DNA of 64,000 nt from Polyangia bacterium (GTDB lineage Bacteria > Myxococcota_A > Polyangia > Palsa-1104 > JAEUJZ01): NCBI GenBank assembly GCA_044228505.1, contig JBGAUT010000001.1, positions 172,113-236,112 of the forward strand, read 5' to 3'. The first letter of the stretch is position 1. Every line of letters begins with the position of its first letter. The notes under the pieces are model-generated. The model was not told the origin of the DNA. It saw only the letters and a program-made list of their open reading frames with translations, and searched no databases. The translations under genes and the position numbers were made by a program. Below, piece by piece: positions 18,229 through 27,200 of the stretch.

Positions 18229-19983
18229 ATGTCCGCTCCCATTAGTGCTCGACTCACGCAGTCGCTATCGATTCAGGCCAATGTCAGCTACGACGTACTG
18301 GCTCAGACGCAGCCCGATGGGACCAGCGTTCCGGTTCTGATTGGCAGCGGCAAGTTCGCCAAGGTTTACAAAGCCTGGCAGCGTAGCGCTCGTCGCAATG
18401 TCCGACCGGTTGCAGTCAAAATTCTACACGACCACGCGACGCTAGCCGACGAGAGGCTGTTCAAGCAAGAGATCGATCTACTCAAAGAACTGACGACGGT
18501 GCGGTCGGTGAACGTGATACGCACTCTCGATATTGTGAGGGTGCCGCCTCTGGCGATGTGCGGCTGTGGCGTGGTCTATCACCCCTTGTGTCCGCGAGGC
18601 TGTGGTCAGCTCTTGCAGCGGGTCGAGCGGCTCGGGCACGACTATCCGCTGCTGTCGTGCTCTCGCTGTGGCTACGAGCTTTCGGCAGAAGATGTCGACC
18701 AGCGCGACATTGAGCTGTTGCGGCCGCCGGCGAAGACTTGTTGCCAAGGTCCGAAAGCACAGCGCGGAACGCTACTGAGCTTCGTCGATCGTGAAGTGGT
18801 GGTGATGGAGCTGGTCGAGCACGGGCTCACTGACTTACCGCAGCTGAGTCGCCAGGCCATGGATCGGGTGCTGTCGCCCAAGTCCTCCGATGGTGGGACG
18901 GCCAGTTCGCTGCGGATGCCAACGGACAAGCACGACGCACGGCTGGCGCAAAAAGCGCTACTGGCCGAAAAGCTCCATCTGATGGTGCAGCTGGCCGATG
19001 CACTCGCGTGGCTCCACGGCGAAAAGAGAATCATTCACAAGGATCTTGCGCCCGACAACGTGATGGTAGTGGCACGCAGCGATACCGATGGCGTAAGTGA
19101 CTGGCGAGGTGAGTCGCAGGTCAGTCTGCGTGAGCAGCTTCTGCAAGTGGCGGCCTTTCCACGATTTACGGTCAAGGTCATCGACTTCGGTCTGGCGGAC
19201 AAAGACGAGCTGTCACGGAGCTGGTACGAGGAGCAAGACGTAGTCGCCGCCGCGTTCAAGCTTCCGTATACCTCGCCAGAGGCAAGGCGCCGCAAAGAGC
19301 GGGTCTCAGAGCCGATTCAGTTTGTACCGGGCGGTTCGTCGTTTGTGGTGCCACCTGGGCTGGTGTCGTCGTATCTGTCTCTGCTGCCAGGAGATCTTCT
19401 TACCGATGTGAGCGACAGCAGACACGACCATGATCTGGAAGTCCTCCGTGTCGAGCCGGGGCCAAACGGTCCGATGGCGTACTTTCGAGGAGAACCTCCG
19501 CCAAGTTCATCGGGAACGAAGTTTGAGGTGGTACGTCGGCTCGGTGAACCGCACGACGTCTATGCGATGGGCGCGCTGTTTTACTTCATCCTGACCGGCA
19601 AGCACGAAGAGGTCGATCGGCTCGGATCCCTGGTGAATTTGCTTCAGGAGGGCGAGAGGCGGGAAATCACCATCGGTTCCCTCGGTTCCGATCAGTACTA
19701 TCGGGCACGCCGCGACGCCATTCCTGAGCCGTTTTTTCGCGATGAGCTGCTGTTGCTCTGCCTACGAGCGATGGTACGTGGGCGTCCGCAGAGCCTGGTG
19801 CAAAGCCGTATCGATCGTGGACCTGAAGCGGCGCAGGCGCTGCTGCGGGAGACACGGCAACTCTATCGAGCGGTGCTGGAGGATGTGATGTCCGAGCCGC
19901 TTGGGCTGCGAGTCCGCCAGGGGCTGCTGATTGCGACCCCGGTTGCCATTGGGCTGTTGGCGCTGGCGCTGCGGGGCTGTTAA
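18229..19983 (+). CDS. Atypical Ser/Thr kinase with Cys-rich insertion and C-terminal TM helix
   Basis: IGSGKFAKV, VAVK, HKDLAPDN, DFG, SPE, DVYAMG; starts 2 bp after the exbD stop. Confidence 0.85.
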   Translation: MSAPISARLTQSLSIQANVSYDVLAQTQPDGTSVPVLIGSGKFAKVYKAWQRSARRNVRPVAVKILHDHATLADERLFKQEIDLLKELTTVRSVNVIRTLDIVRVPPLAMCGCGVVYHPLCPRGCGQLLQRVERLGHDYPLLSCSRCGYELSAEDVDQRDIELLRPPAKTCCQGPKAQRGTLLSFVDREVVVMELVEHGLTDLPQLSRQAMDRVLSPKSSDGGTASSLRMPTDKHDARLAQKALLAEKLHLMVQLADALAWLHGEKRIIHKDLAPDNVMVVARSDTDGVSDWRGESQVSLREQLLQVAAFPRFTVKVIDFGLADKDELSRSWYEEQDVVAAAFKLPYTSPEARRRKERVSEPIQFVPGGSSFVVPPGLVSSYLSLLPGDLLTDVSDSRHDHDLEVLRVEPGPNGPMAYFRGEPPPSSSGTKFEVVRRLGEPHDVYAMGALFYFILTGKHEEVDRLGSLVNLLQEGERREITIGSLGSDQYYRARRDAIPEPFFRDELLLLCLRAMVRGRPQSLVQSRIDRGPEAAQALLRETRQLYRAVLEDVMSEPLGLRVRQGLLIATPVAIGLLALALRGC

Positions 19984-20037
19984 GACGGAAAGGGCGGAGC
20001 CTCGGCTCTCTTCGAAGAGAGCCAGGACCGATTGCAG

Positions 20038-21546
20038 CTACTGCGATCTGTTGAGGAATACCGAGATGGAGCCATCGCCAGAGTTGGCGCTGACGATATC
20101 CGTCTTGCCGTCGCCGTTGAGATCCGCTGCGGCGACACCTCGTGGAAAGCCGATGGCAGATAACGTGCTCGTCGTCCCGAAGGCTCCGTTATTGTTGAGC
20201 GTAATTCCGATCTTTTGGTCGGCATAGATGGCGGAAACGACATCGAGTCGACCATCGCCGTTCACGTCTCCGAGAGCGATGTTGGTCGGTGACGACATCA
20301 TCGCGGTCCCGATCGAAGTGGTCTTGGGGTTCGCGAAGGTTCCGTCGCCATTCCCCGTCAGCAGCGCCACCGTAGAGTCCTTGGACGCGCAGACCAGAAG
20401 ATCGAGGATTCCGTCAGCATTAAAGTCGTTGGCGAGCACGGTGTACGGCCCTGCTCCGGCCGGATAGTCCTTCTTTGCTGCAAAGTTACCTGCGCCGTCG
20501 CCAATGAGGACGCTTACGTTGGCAGACGATTCGTTGGCAGCGACAATGTCGGTCTTGCCATCTTTGTTCACGTCGACAAACTGGACATGACGAGGCACGT
20601 TGCCTGCGACGAGCGGGACCGGTGCATTGAAGGTTCCTCCCGCTTTGCCCGTTAGCAGTGTGATGTTGTTGCTACCACCTCCGCTGTTGGCCACGATCAT
20701 GTCCAGGTTTCCGTCTCCGTTGATGTCCTTGACATCGACGCTGAGCGGCAAGTCTCCTGATCCGACGGGGGTGCGACTGGGGAAGGTGCCGGTCTTGCTA
20801 TTGGTCAGCAGGCTCACGCCGGCGGAGTTGGTGAAGTTGGTGACGACGACATCGTTGAAACCATCGGCGTTGAGGTCGAGCACCTTGAGACCGTAGGCCG
20901 AAGTTCCGGCGGGATACTTGGCCACTGGCAAAAAGGTTCCGTCGCCATTGCCAGATAGGGTGAAGATCTGTCCCGTCGAGCTATTGTCGGTCGCAACCAG
21001 GTCGACCTTGAGGTTGTTTTCAAGCTCGCTTACCGCGATGTTGTACGGAGAGCCACCGACGGAGATTTTGGCGGCAGGATCGAACGTGATGGTGCCGTAG
21101 TAGTAGCCAAAGATGATCCCGCTCATCGCTGCCCGTCCGCCGGGGTTGGTCACGACGACGGTCACCAGTCCTTTGACACCCGGACGGGCTGGTAAGGTGA
21201 CGACAATCTGGTTCTGTGAGACGGATTTGACGGTTGCAGCCTGACCATCAATGGTCACGGTTGCTCCGGTGAGAAATCCGCTGCCCGTGAGCGTGACGTC
21301 GATGTTGCCCGTCGTAGGGCCTTGAGCTGGGCTGGCACCAGTCAGCGCCAGGCTTGCCGTCATATCACCAGTGGCTCCCGTCATATCGCCGCTGGTGTCT
21401 CCCCCATCGCCCACGCCGCCGGAAAGGTCTTCGGTGGTCACCATGTCGTTGGGATCGCTGCCGTTGGTGTTGTCGCGATTACAGCTAACGACCGCTACCA
21501 GAACCGACGCAGCGCCAAGAAAAAAGAGCCGATGCCACATTCGCAT
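20038..21546 (-). CDS. Lipoprotein with IPT/TIG domain and FG-GAP/VCBS repeats
   Basis: Lipobox VVSC; SP..GP..G...VT.TG.GF (IPT); repeated D.N.DG..D. Confidence 0.88.
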   Translation of the reverse strand: MRMWHRLFFLGAASVLVAVVSCNRDNTNGSDPNDMVTTEDLSGGVGDGGDTSGDMTGATGDMTASLALTGASPAQGPTTGNIDVTLTGSGFLTGATVTIDGQAATVKSVSQNQIVVTLPARPGVKGLVTVVVTNPGGRAAMSGIIFGYYYGTITFDPAAKISVGGSPYNIAVSELENNLKVDLVATDNSSTGQIFTLSGNGDGTFLPVAKYPAGTSAYGLKVLDLNADGFNDVVVTNFTNSAGVSLLTNSKTGTFPSRTPVGSGDLPLSVDVKDINGDGNLDMIVANSGGGSNNITLLTGKAGGTFNAPVPLVAGNVPRHVQFVDVNKDGKTDIVAANESSANVSVLIGDGAGNFAAKKDYPAGAGPYTVLANDFNADGILDLLVCASKDSTVALLTGNGDGTFANPKTTSIGTAMMSSPTNIALGDVNGDGRLDVVSAIYADQKIGITLNNNGAFGTTSTLSAIGFPRGVAAADLNGDGKTDIVSANSGDGSISVFLNRSQ

Positions 21547-21701
21547 GTACAGGTACTCCCGCAAGAAGCAAGTTGAATACGAGTAAGTATATGGACGAGT
21601 TCGCTTCTGCCCACCCCAAGGGTCGGTTTTTCTCGCAGAGAGGCCGAACAACCGATCAACGCGGTTGGTTGGCAGAAACAGAGATATCGACTCGCGGGTA
21701 C

Positions 21702-22595
21702 TTACAGCGATGAGCTACGGCGAGGAGGGGCCCAGATGTAGCCGTCTTCCTGAAACACTGGATCGGAAGGAAGTTGCCAGCCATCGCGAGCCCACAGATA
21801 GGCGGTGTAGGCGCAGATCAACGCGTCGAAGATGTGGTCGTTCTTGACGACGAATTCGCGCCATTGACCTGGACCGAAGGCCAGCTCGGGGAGAGAAGCG
21901 AGAACCCGCTCGCGGACAGCTGGTCCATGACCGGAGCGCTTGTAGGTGCGTGCCACTTCGGAGCCAAGCGAGAGCGGGATCGGCTTGCCAGTCAATGAAA
22001 CTGCTCGACCATGCGCGTCTCGATAGCGGATAGCCGATGTCGGCTGCGGCGGTGTTGGATCGGGAAACAGCAGCGCCAGCGTTGCTTTGGGATAGACCTC
22101 AAGCAGGTTGTGATTCAGCTCAAACGAGCGACGCAGGGCCTGGCGTAGATACGCAGCGCGGGCCGTCAGCGGTCCCATTCCTTGGCCGAGCGTCTCTCTC
22201 GGTAAAATTCCCTGATCTTGGAGGATCACCTCAGTGGCACGCTGGGTATAGGGAGTGTAGCGAGGCTTGCCAGTTGTCGCGACGGTCCGCTCGCGAAACC
22301 AGCGGATCGTGTCGACGGTACATGTCGCAAGTTGCGGACAGTCTGGCAACGTACAGCGCACACAAACCGGCAGCGTCAGCGGTGCATCGATGGCTACCAC
22401 CGCATCTGCGCAGTGTTCTTCGATCGAACTGAGCAGGCGATCATCGAAAAACGGCTTGCCTCCGCCGGTATCGGTGACCAGCAGCGGCTTGTCTCCCGAA
22501 TCGGACAAGCGCAGCCGAACCACCGCCGTGGTCTTGCCTTTGCCACCACCGAGGTCGACGCCAATAAATGTGCGAAATGGCCGCTGCATTTGCAT
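21702..22595 (-). CDS. DUF429 family (RNase H-like fold, predicted nuclease)
   Basis: FIGVDL, AIDAPL, EVYP and DALICA motifs; Cys cluster CVRC...C...C. Confidence 0.8.
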   Translation of the reverse strand: MQMQRPFRTFIGVDLGGGKGKTTAVVRLRLSDSGDKPLLVTDTGGGKPFFDDRLLSSIEEHCADAVVAIDAPLTLPVCVRCTLPDCPQLATCTVDTIRWFRERTVATTGKPRYTPYTQRATEVILQDQGILPRETLGQGMGPLTARAAYLRQALRRSFELNHNLLEVYPKATLALLFPDPTPPQPTSAIRYRDAHGRAVSLTGKPIPLSLGSEVARTYKRSGHGPAVRERVLASLPELAFGPGQWREFVVKNDHIFDALICAYTAYLWARDGWQLPSDPVFQEDGYIWAPPRRSSSL

Positions 22596-22654
22596 CCAGG
22601 GGAACCTGCAACCCTACCATCTAGGGTCGCATTTCTAGAAGGAGTTGACCGGAC

Positions 22655-24049
22655 TTACGTGGCGAGTCGTAACAGAGTGGAGCGGAATTGGGTAGCGATG
22701 GCTTCTTGGGCGAAGTGGCACCCGGATCGGACGACCCATTTGCCCGCGACCATCACGTCCGACACGAGGCAACGGCCCGGTCCAAACATCGCGCTGTCGA
22801 GCAAAGTCGAACCTCTGCGTCCAAATAGCGAGGGTTGCGCTTCATCCAAAACCACCAAGTCCGCACGCGAACCAGCAAGGATCTGTCCGGTTGGCTGTGC
22901 CCCGGCCCGGGCTCCACCGCGTGCCGCTGCCTGCCATAGGTAGGTGCCGGTAGAATCACCTTCGCCTGCGGCCAAGACGCAGCGTTGACCTTGGCGTAGA
23001 CGCTGGCTGTATTCCAGCAGTCGCAGTTCTTCGAGCGCGCAGGTGGAGACGTGACTGTCGGTGCCAATGCCGAACCTTCCATGTGCGGCGAGGAAATCAG
23101 TGGCAGCAAAGATGCCATCCCCGAGGTTGGCCTCTGTGCTCGGACACAGTCCAACAATTGCACGGGTATCGGCGAGCCGAATGAGTTCAGAGGGTTCGCC
23201 GTGGGTAGCGTGAATCAAGCAGAAGCGTTCGTCGACGGAAAGGTTGTCCAAGAGCCAGGCTATCGGGCGCTTTTCGGACCAGGCCAGACAGGCGGATACC
23301 TCGGCGGGCTGTTCGGCGATGTGTAGGTGAATCGGCGCACCGCGATCGTGCTGCTCGAGCAGCGCGATGGAGCGACGGAGTGCCTTCGGCGTCACGGCGC
23401 GCAGCGAGTGCGGCGCAACCCCAACCGTCACACCAGCACCGCGATGGCGATAGAGCTCCGTTAGAACGGTCGCAAAGTCGTCATCACCGAGAAAAAAGCG
23501 GCGCTGGCGAGGGTTAAGCGACGCAGCAGCGAAGCCTCCTTGTTGATACAAACTGGCAAGAAGGGTCAACCCGATCCCGGTCTGCTCAGCGGCTTGAAGG
23601 ATGCGTAGCGCTAGCTCGGCAGGATTTTGATACAGCGCACCTTCGGGATCGCGGTGAAGGTAATGAAATTCGACAACACCGGTGAACCCGCCAAGGAGCA
23701 GCTCGACGTAAAGCTGGGCGGCAATCGCGGCGATATCGTCGGGATTCAGGCTTTCCACGAAGCGGTACATGACCTCGCGCCACGTCCAAAAACTGTCGGT
23801 GAGCGGCCCGCGGCGTTCGGCCAGACCAGCCATGGCACGCTGGAACGCATGTGAGTGCAGGTTGACCATGCCCGGCAGCACCACGCCAACACGCTCCGAT
23901 GAGGGCTGTTTCGTCGCTGCTGGTGTCACTTGAACGAACGTACCGTCGTCATCGACGGTCAGCAGCACGTCCTTGTGCCAGCCCGTCGGCAACAGCGCCT
24001 CACGAGCAAAATAACTGCGATGGGTCGACGGACCAATTGGAGTGTTCAT
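22655..24049 (-). CDS. hutF: Formimidoylglutamate deiminase
   Basis: NLHSHAFQRAMAG, SFWTWRE.MY, EFHYLH, APHSLRAV, HIAEQ, CPSTEANLGDG, GTDSH. Confidence 0.93.
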   Translation of the reverse strand: MNTPIGPSTHRSYFAREALLPTGWHKDVLLTVDDDGTFVQVTPAATKQPSSERVGVVLPGMVNLHSHAFQRAMAGLAERRGPLTDSFWTWREVMYRFVESLNPDDIAAIAAQLYVELLLGGFTGVVEFHYLHRDPEGALYQNPAELALRILQAAEQTGIGLTLLASLYQQGGFAAASLNPRQRRFFLGDDDFATVLTELYRHRGAGVTVGVAPHSLRAVTPKALRRSIALLEQHDRGAPIHLHIAEQPAEVSACLAWSEKRPIAWLLDNLSVDERFCLIHATHGEPSELIRLADTRAIVGLCPSTEANLGDGIFAATDFLAAHGRFGIGTDSHVSTCALEELRLLEYSQRLRQGQRCVLAAGEGDSTGTYLWQAAARGGARAGAQPTGQILAGSRADLVVLDEAQPSLFGRRGSTLLDSAMFGPGRCLVSDVMVAGKWVVRSGCHFAQEAIATQFRSTLLRLAT

Positions 24050-24166
24050 TGTAGCGCTCGCTCGGTTTGCTTCGCTTGCGTCCGCATTCCGAGCAATGCC
24101 CGAGTGCGCGCAGCGCGTCAACCGCAACCCATCTTGGTAAGCCAAGACTTACTTGGTTAGGTGTCC

Positions 24167-24192
24167 TTGACATACATGCAAGTATCTTGCAA
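24167..24192 (+). promoter_or_regulatory. TTGACA -35 hexamer followed by palindrome TGCAAG-TAT-CTTGCA (candidate metal-responsive repressor site)
   Basis: TTGACA at 24167-24172; perfect 6-3-6 inverted repeat at 24177-24191; 37 bp before the MerC-like ATG. Confidence 0.6.
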
Positions 24193-24228
24193 AAAGGGGG
24201 AGTTCGTTACACGAGGCTTGAAACAGCG

Positions 24229-24666
24229 ATGGCGCTTTCACATGAACACGCACTATTAGACGTGGCTCCGACGGTACGGTCGAGTGATGTGGTGCAGCGT
24301 GTGCTGACGGCGCTACCGGCGCTCTGCTTCGTTCACTGCGTGGGTTCGATGGGGCTAGCGCTCGCGCTTCCGACAGCAGCTTCCCTTTGGAGTTCGAGTG
24401 ATTGGCTCGAAGGTCCGCTGTGGCTCGTCTCGATGATCGTCGTGGCGGTGAGCCTGCTCCGTCGCGGCATGATGCGGGGCGGGATGGGGGCGCTGTTTGT
24501 GCTGTCGTTGGCCATGGGCGGGCTCGGCTTCCTGAAGGACGTCGAGGCTGCCAAGCGCGTGAGCCTGCTGACCCTCATCGGGATCCAGGTGCTCTCTTGG
24601 AGATTGCAGCGCCGGTTGGTGGCCGCACCAGTGTGTGCTTGCCGGGGGCACCAAGTCGACGCCTAG
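24229..24666 (+). CDS. MerC-domain membrane protein
   Basis: LCFVHC motif in the first TM; about 4 TM helices; C-terminal CAC..H. Confidence 0.7.
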   Translation: MALSHEHALLDVAPTVRSSDVVQRVLTALPALCFVHCVGSMGLALALPTAASLWSSSDWLEGPLWLVSMIVVAVSLLRRGMMRGGMGALFVLSLAMGGLGFLKDVEAAKRVSLLTLIGIQVLSWRLQRRLVAAPVCACRGHQVDA

Positions 24667-24713
24667 CCTTATCGCACGACTACTTTCGGTAACGTGGATG
24701 AGCCTGGGGGTTG

Positions 24714-24968
24714 TTACGACAGTGACGCCGAGACGATCAGGGCGGCGGTAGGTGCGCCCCGGCTCAGGAGGGCGCGATTGCGACGCTCGGCGGCAAGCGC
24801 TGTGAAGGCTGCTATCTCAGGAGCACGCACTGGCGACGGCATCTGCCCAGAAACGAGCACGTAGTCGGCGACACCTTGCCCAAGCCGGCGGCAGAGCTTG
24901 GCGCAGGTCGACAGAGCACGGGCGAGGTTGTTGTTCAGCGACGACAAAATGGTGTGCTTTGAGTTCAT
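24714..24968 (-). CDS. Hypothetical small protein
   Basis: ATG preceded by AAGGAG RBS; 84 aa; no recognised motif. Confidence 0.5.
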   Translation of the reverse strand: MNSKHTILSSLNNNLARALSTCAKLCRRLGQGVADYVLVSGQMPSPVRAPEIAAFTALAAERRNRALLSRGAPTAALIVSASLS

Positions 24969-25121
24969 GGCCGCTCCTTGCGTTGCGATTGGTTACAGCA
25001 ACCTTTATAGCTCCTGGGTCTGACACCGTCGCTGTTCACTCGGAAGATTTGTGACTTGATACGGCCTGCTTCGTGATACGATGCGCTAACCCCGATAAGA
25101 TGCGCTGGGGGGGCGGGGACG

Positions 25122-26846
25122 ATGGCTAAGCGGCGAGAGTGTCCATCCTGTCGGAACGTCTATCTGGGCGACGACAAGCTCTTCTGTCCGAAGGATGGCA
25201 CCCGACTGGTTGTACAAGCGGTGCGCGCCAGCGAAGATCCGTGGATCGGGCGCGTCATCGCTGGGCGTTTCGTCCTCGAGCGGCGACTGGGCAAAGGCGG
25301 AATGGGCGTCGTTTACCTAGCGAACCACAACGTCTTGAAGCGACCGTTTGCGGTGAAGCTCCTGCGTCGAGAATTCGTCAGCAATGAGCGCGCCCTGGCG
25401 CGGTTTTTTCGTGAGGCTCGGGTCGCGAGCAGCGTCGACCACCCGAACATCGTCAGCATCTACGACTATGGCCAGACCGACAAAGGCGAGCCGTACTTGG
25501 TGATGGAATACGTCGAGGGGACGCTGCTCTATCAGCTCGTAATTGGTAGCCCTACGAAGTGCTTGCACCCGCTACAAGCCGTCGACATTAGCTTGCAGGT
25601 TGCCCGCGCACTCGAACACGCCCACCAACGGGGGGTCGTACACCGCGATATCAAGCCCGAAAACATTCTGATTACGACGGTTGCTGGGCAGGCAAACTTT
25701 GTGAAAGTGCTCGACTTTGGGGTGGCGCGGGTGCTTGGTCAACCACCGCTTACTCGCGTTGGGGAAGAGATCATTGGGACGCCGGAGTTTATTGCCCCAG
25801 AGATGATGTCGGCATCGGGAGAGCTGTCTCCGTCGGTGGACCTGTATGCGCTCGGGATCATGCTGCACGATACCGTCGTTGGTGAGCCACCGTGGAAGGG
25901 CGATCTCAAAGAGATCCTGCACGGTCACATGAACGCCATCCCGCCGAGACTCTCGGAACGTCGTCGCGATGCACTGATTCCTCGTGAACTGGATGACCTG
26001 ACGGCGCAGATGCTTGAAAAGAATCCGCTCAAGCGACCGACTGCGTCGGAGGCGGTTGAGATTTTGACGCGGATTCGCGCACTTTTGCCGACGCGCTCGG
26101 TGCAGCTCATGAGATCCGAACAGCCTGCGGTCGGTGGGACGGACCCGTTGCTGCGAGGAAAAGAGACGCTGATTTTGCCGAGTTCGCCGGGGGCACCGGA
26201 ACCGCTGCGGGCGGAGACGGTGATTTTGCCGCGTGGAGAAGGAAATGCCACAGCGCGTCAAGCTGAGATCGAGGCCATTGATGCAGAGATCGTGAGTCTG
26301 CTCTCTCGGTTGTCGACGCTGATCGAGCAACTCGCGCCAAAATTGTGGGTCGATGCGTGGCCAGACAAACCACAACTGCTGCGTGAGCTTCTGACGGGCA
26401 ACACTTTGGCGCAAGAGAAACGGCAGCAACGCATCAAGCTGCTGACGGAACAAGTGCAGCGTCAGCAGACGCGCCTGCAGCAGCACAAAAGTGAACTTAG
26501 ACAACAGATCCTGGCGTTGAGCGAGCGGCTTCAGCTTGAAACCGAGCTTCCCGAACTCGAGCGGGCTCGGGTACAGCGTGCTATCGAGGAAAAAGAGCGA
26601 CTATTGGCGCAGGTGCTGTTCTCGGCACCGACGTCACCGGAGCCTGAACTGTATCGACTGCGACGAGAACTGAGGGAGTTGGCCGAGCAGGCGCGCACCG
26701 GCTGGCCGCAACTGGCGAGACTGCTCCTCTCAGAACCGCGTACCGAGAAACTCAGCGACCGAGCCACTATCGAGCTGGTGATTGAACAGCTGGCAGCCGC
26801 GCAGGCGATGCAGGCGCTGCTTCAGCGGCAGAGTGTGGCGGTTTAG
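25122..26846 (+). CDS. Ser/Thr protein kinase with N-terminal Cys ribbon and C-terminal coiled coil
   Basis: CPSC..FCPKDG; LGKGGMG, AVK, HRDIKPEN, DFG, APE, DLYALG. Confidence 0.95.
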   Translation: MAKRRECPSCRNVYLGDDKLFCPKDGTRLVVQAVRASEDPWIGRVIAGRFVLERRLGKGGMGVVYLANHNVLKRPFAVKLLRREFVSNERALARFFREARVASSVDHPNIVSIYDYGQTDKGEPYLVMEYVEGTLLYQLVIGSPTKCLHPLQAVDISLQVARALEHAHQRGVVHRDIKPENILITTVAGQANFVKVLDFGVARVLGQPPLTRVGEEIIGTPEFIAPEMMSASGELSPSVDLYALGIMLHDTVVGEPPWKGDLKEILHGHMNAIPPRLSERRRDALIPRELDDLTAQMLEKNPLKRPTASEAVEILTRIRALLPTRSVQLMRSEQPAVGGTDPLLRGKETLILPSSPGAPEPLRAETVILPRGEGNATARQAEIEAIDAEIVSLLSRLSTLIEQLAPKLWVDAWPDKPQLLRELLTGNTLAQEKRQQRIKLLTEQVQRQQTRLQQHKSELRQQILALSERLQLETELPELERARVQRAIEEKERLLAQVLFSAPTSPEPELYRLRRELRELAEQARTGWPQLARLLLSEPRTEKLSDRATIELVIEQLAAAQAMQALLQRQSVAV

Positions 26847-27196
26847 TGGCGCGACTCGGGGTGCTCGTCAAAGTAGGCGCGGCGGCTCTCGCGAGATATC
26901 TCGACCTCAACGGAGCCATTCGATAGCCGGGCCTGACAGCCCAGGCGAGAGTTTGCGCGGACATCGAACGCTTTGTCGAGGATGTCCTCTTCGCGATCTT
27001 TTTGCTCGCTGAGCGATGATAAACCGCTACGGACATACACGTGACAAGTGGAGCACGCACAAACGCCCCCACAGGCATAACCGACCTGGGCATGGCTGCG
27101 CTTGGCTGCTTCGAGAATGCTGGTTCCCGGCTCCACCTCGATGGTCTTCGGCTTGCCGTCGGGTCCTGGGTCGTTCAAAAAGGTAACGGTAGGCAT
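26843..27196 (-). CDS. fdx: ISC-type [2Fe-2S] ferredoxin
   Basis: CGGVCACSTCH...RLGCQ; last gene of the isc operon. Confidence 0.93.
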   Translation of the reverse strand: MPTVTFLNDPGPDGKPKTIEVEPGTSILEAAKRSHAQVGYACGGVCACSTCHVYVRSGLSSLSEQKDREEDILDKAFDVRANSRLGCQARLSNGSVEVEISRESRRAYFDEHPESRH

Positions 27197-27200
27197 GGGC

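Noticed and set aside
22655-24049. hutF without other hut genes as a novel pathway
   Set aside because: Scattered hut genes are common; the others may lie outside the window
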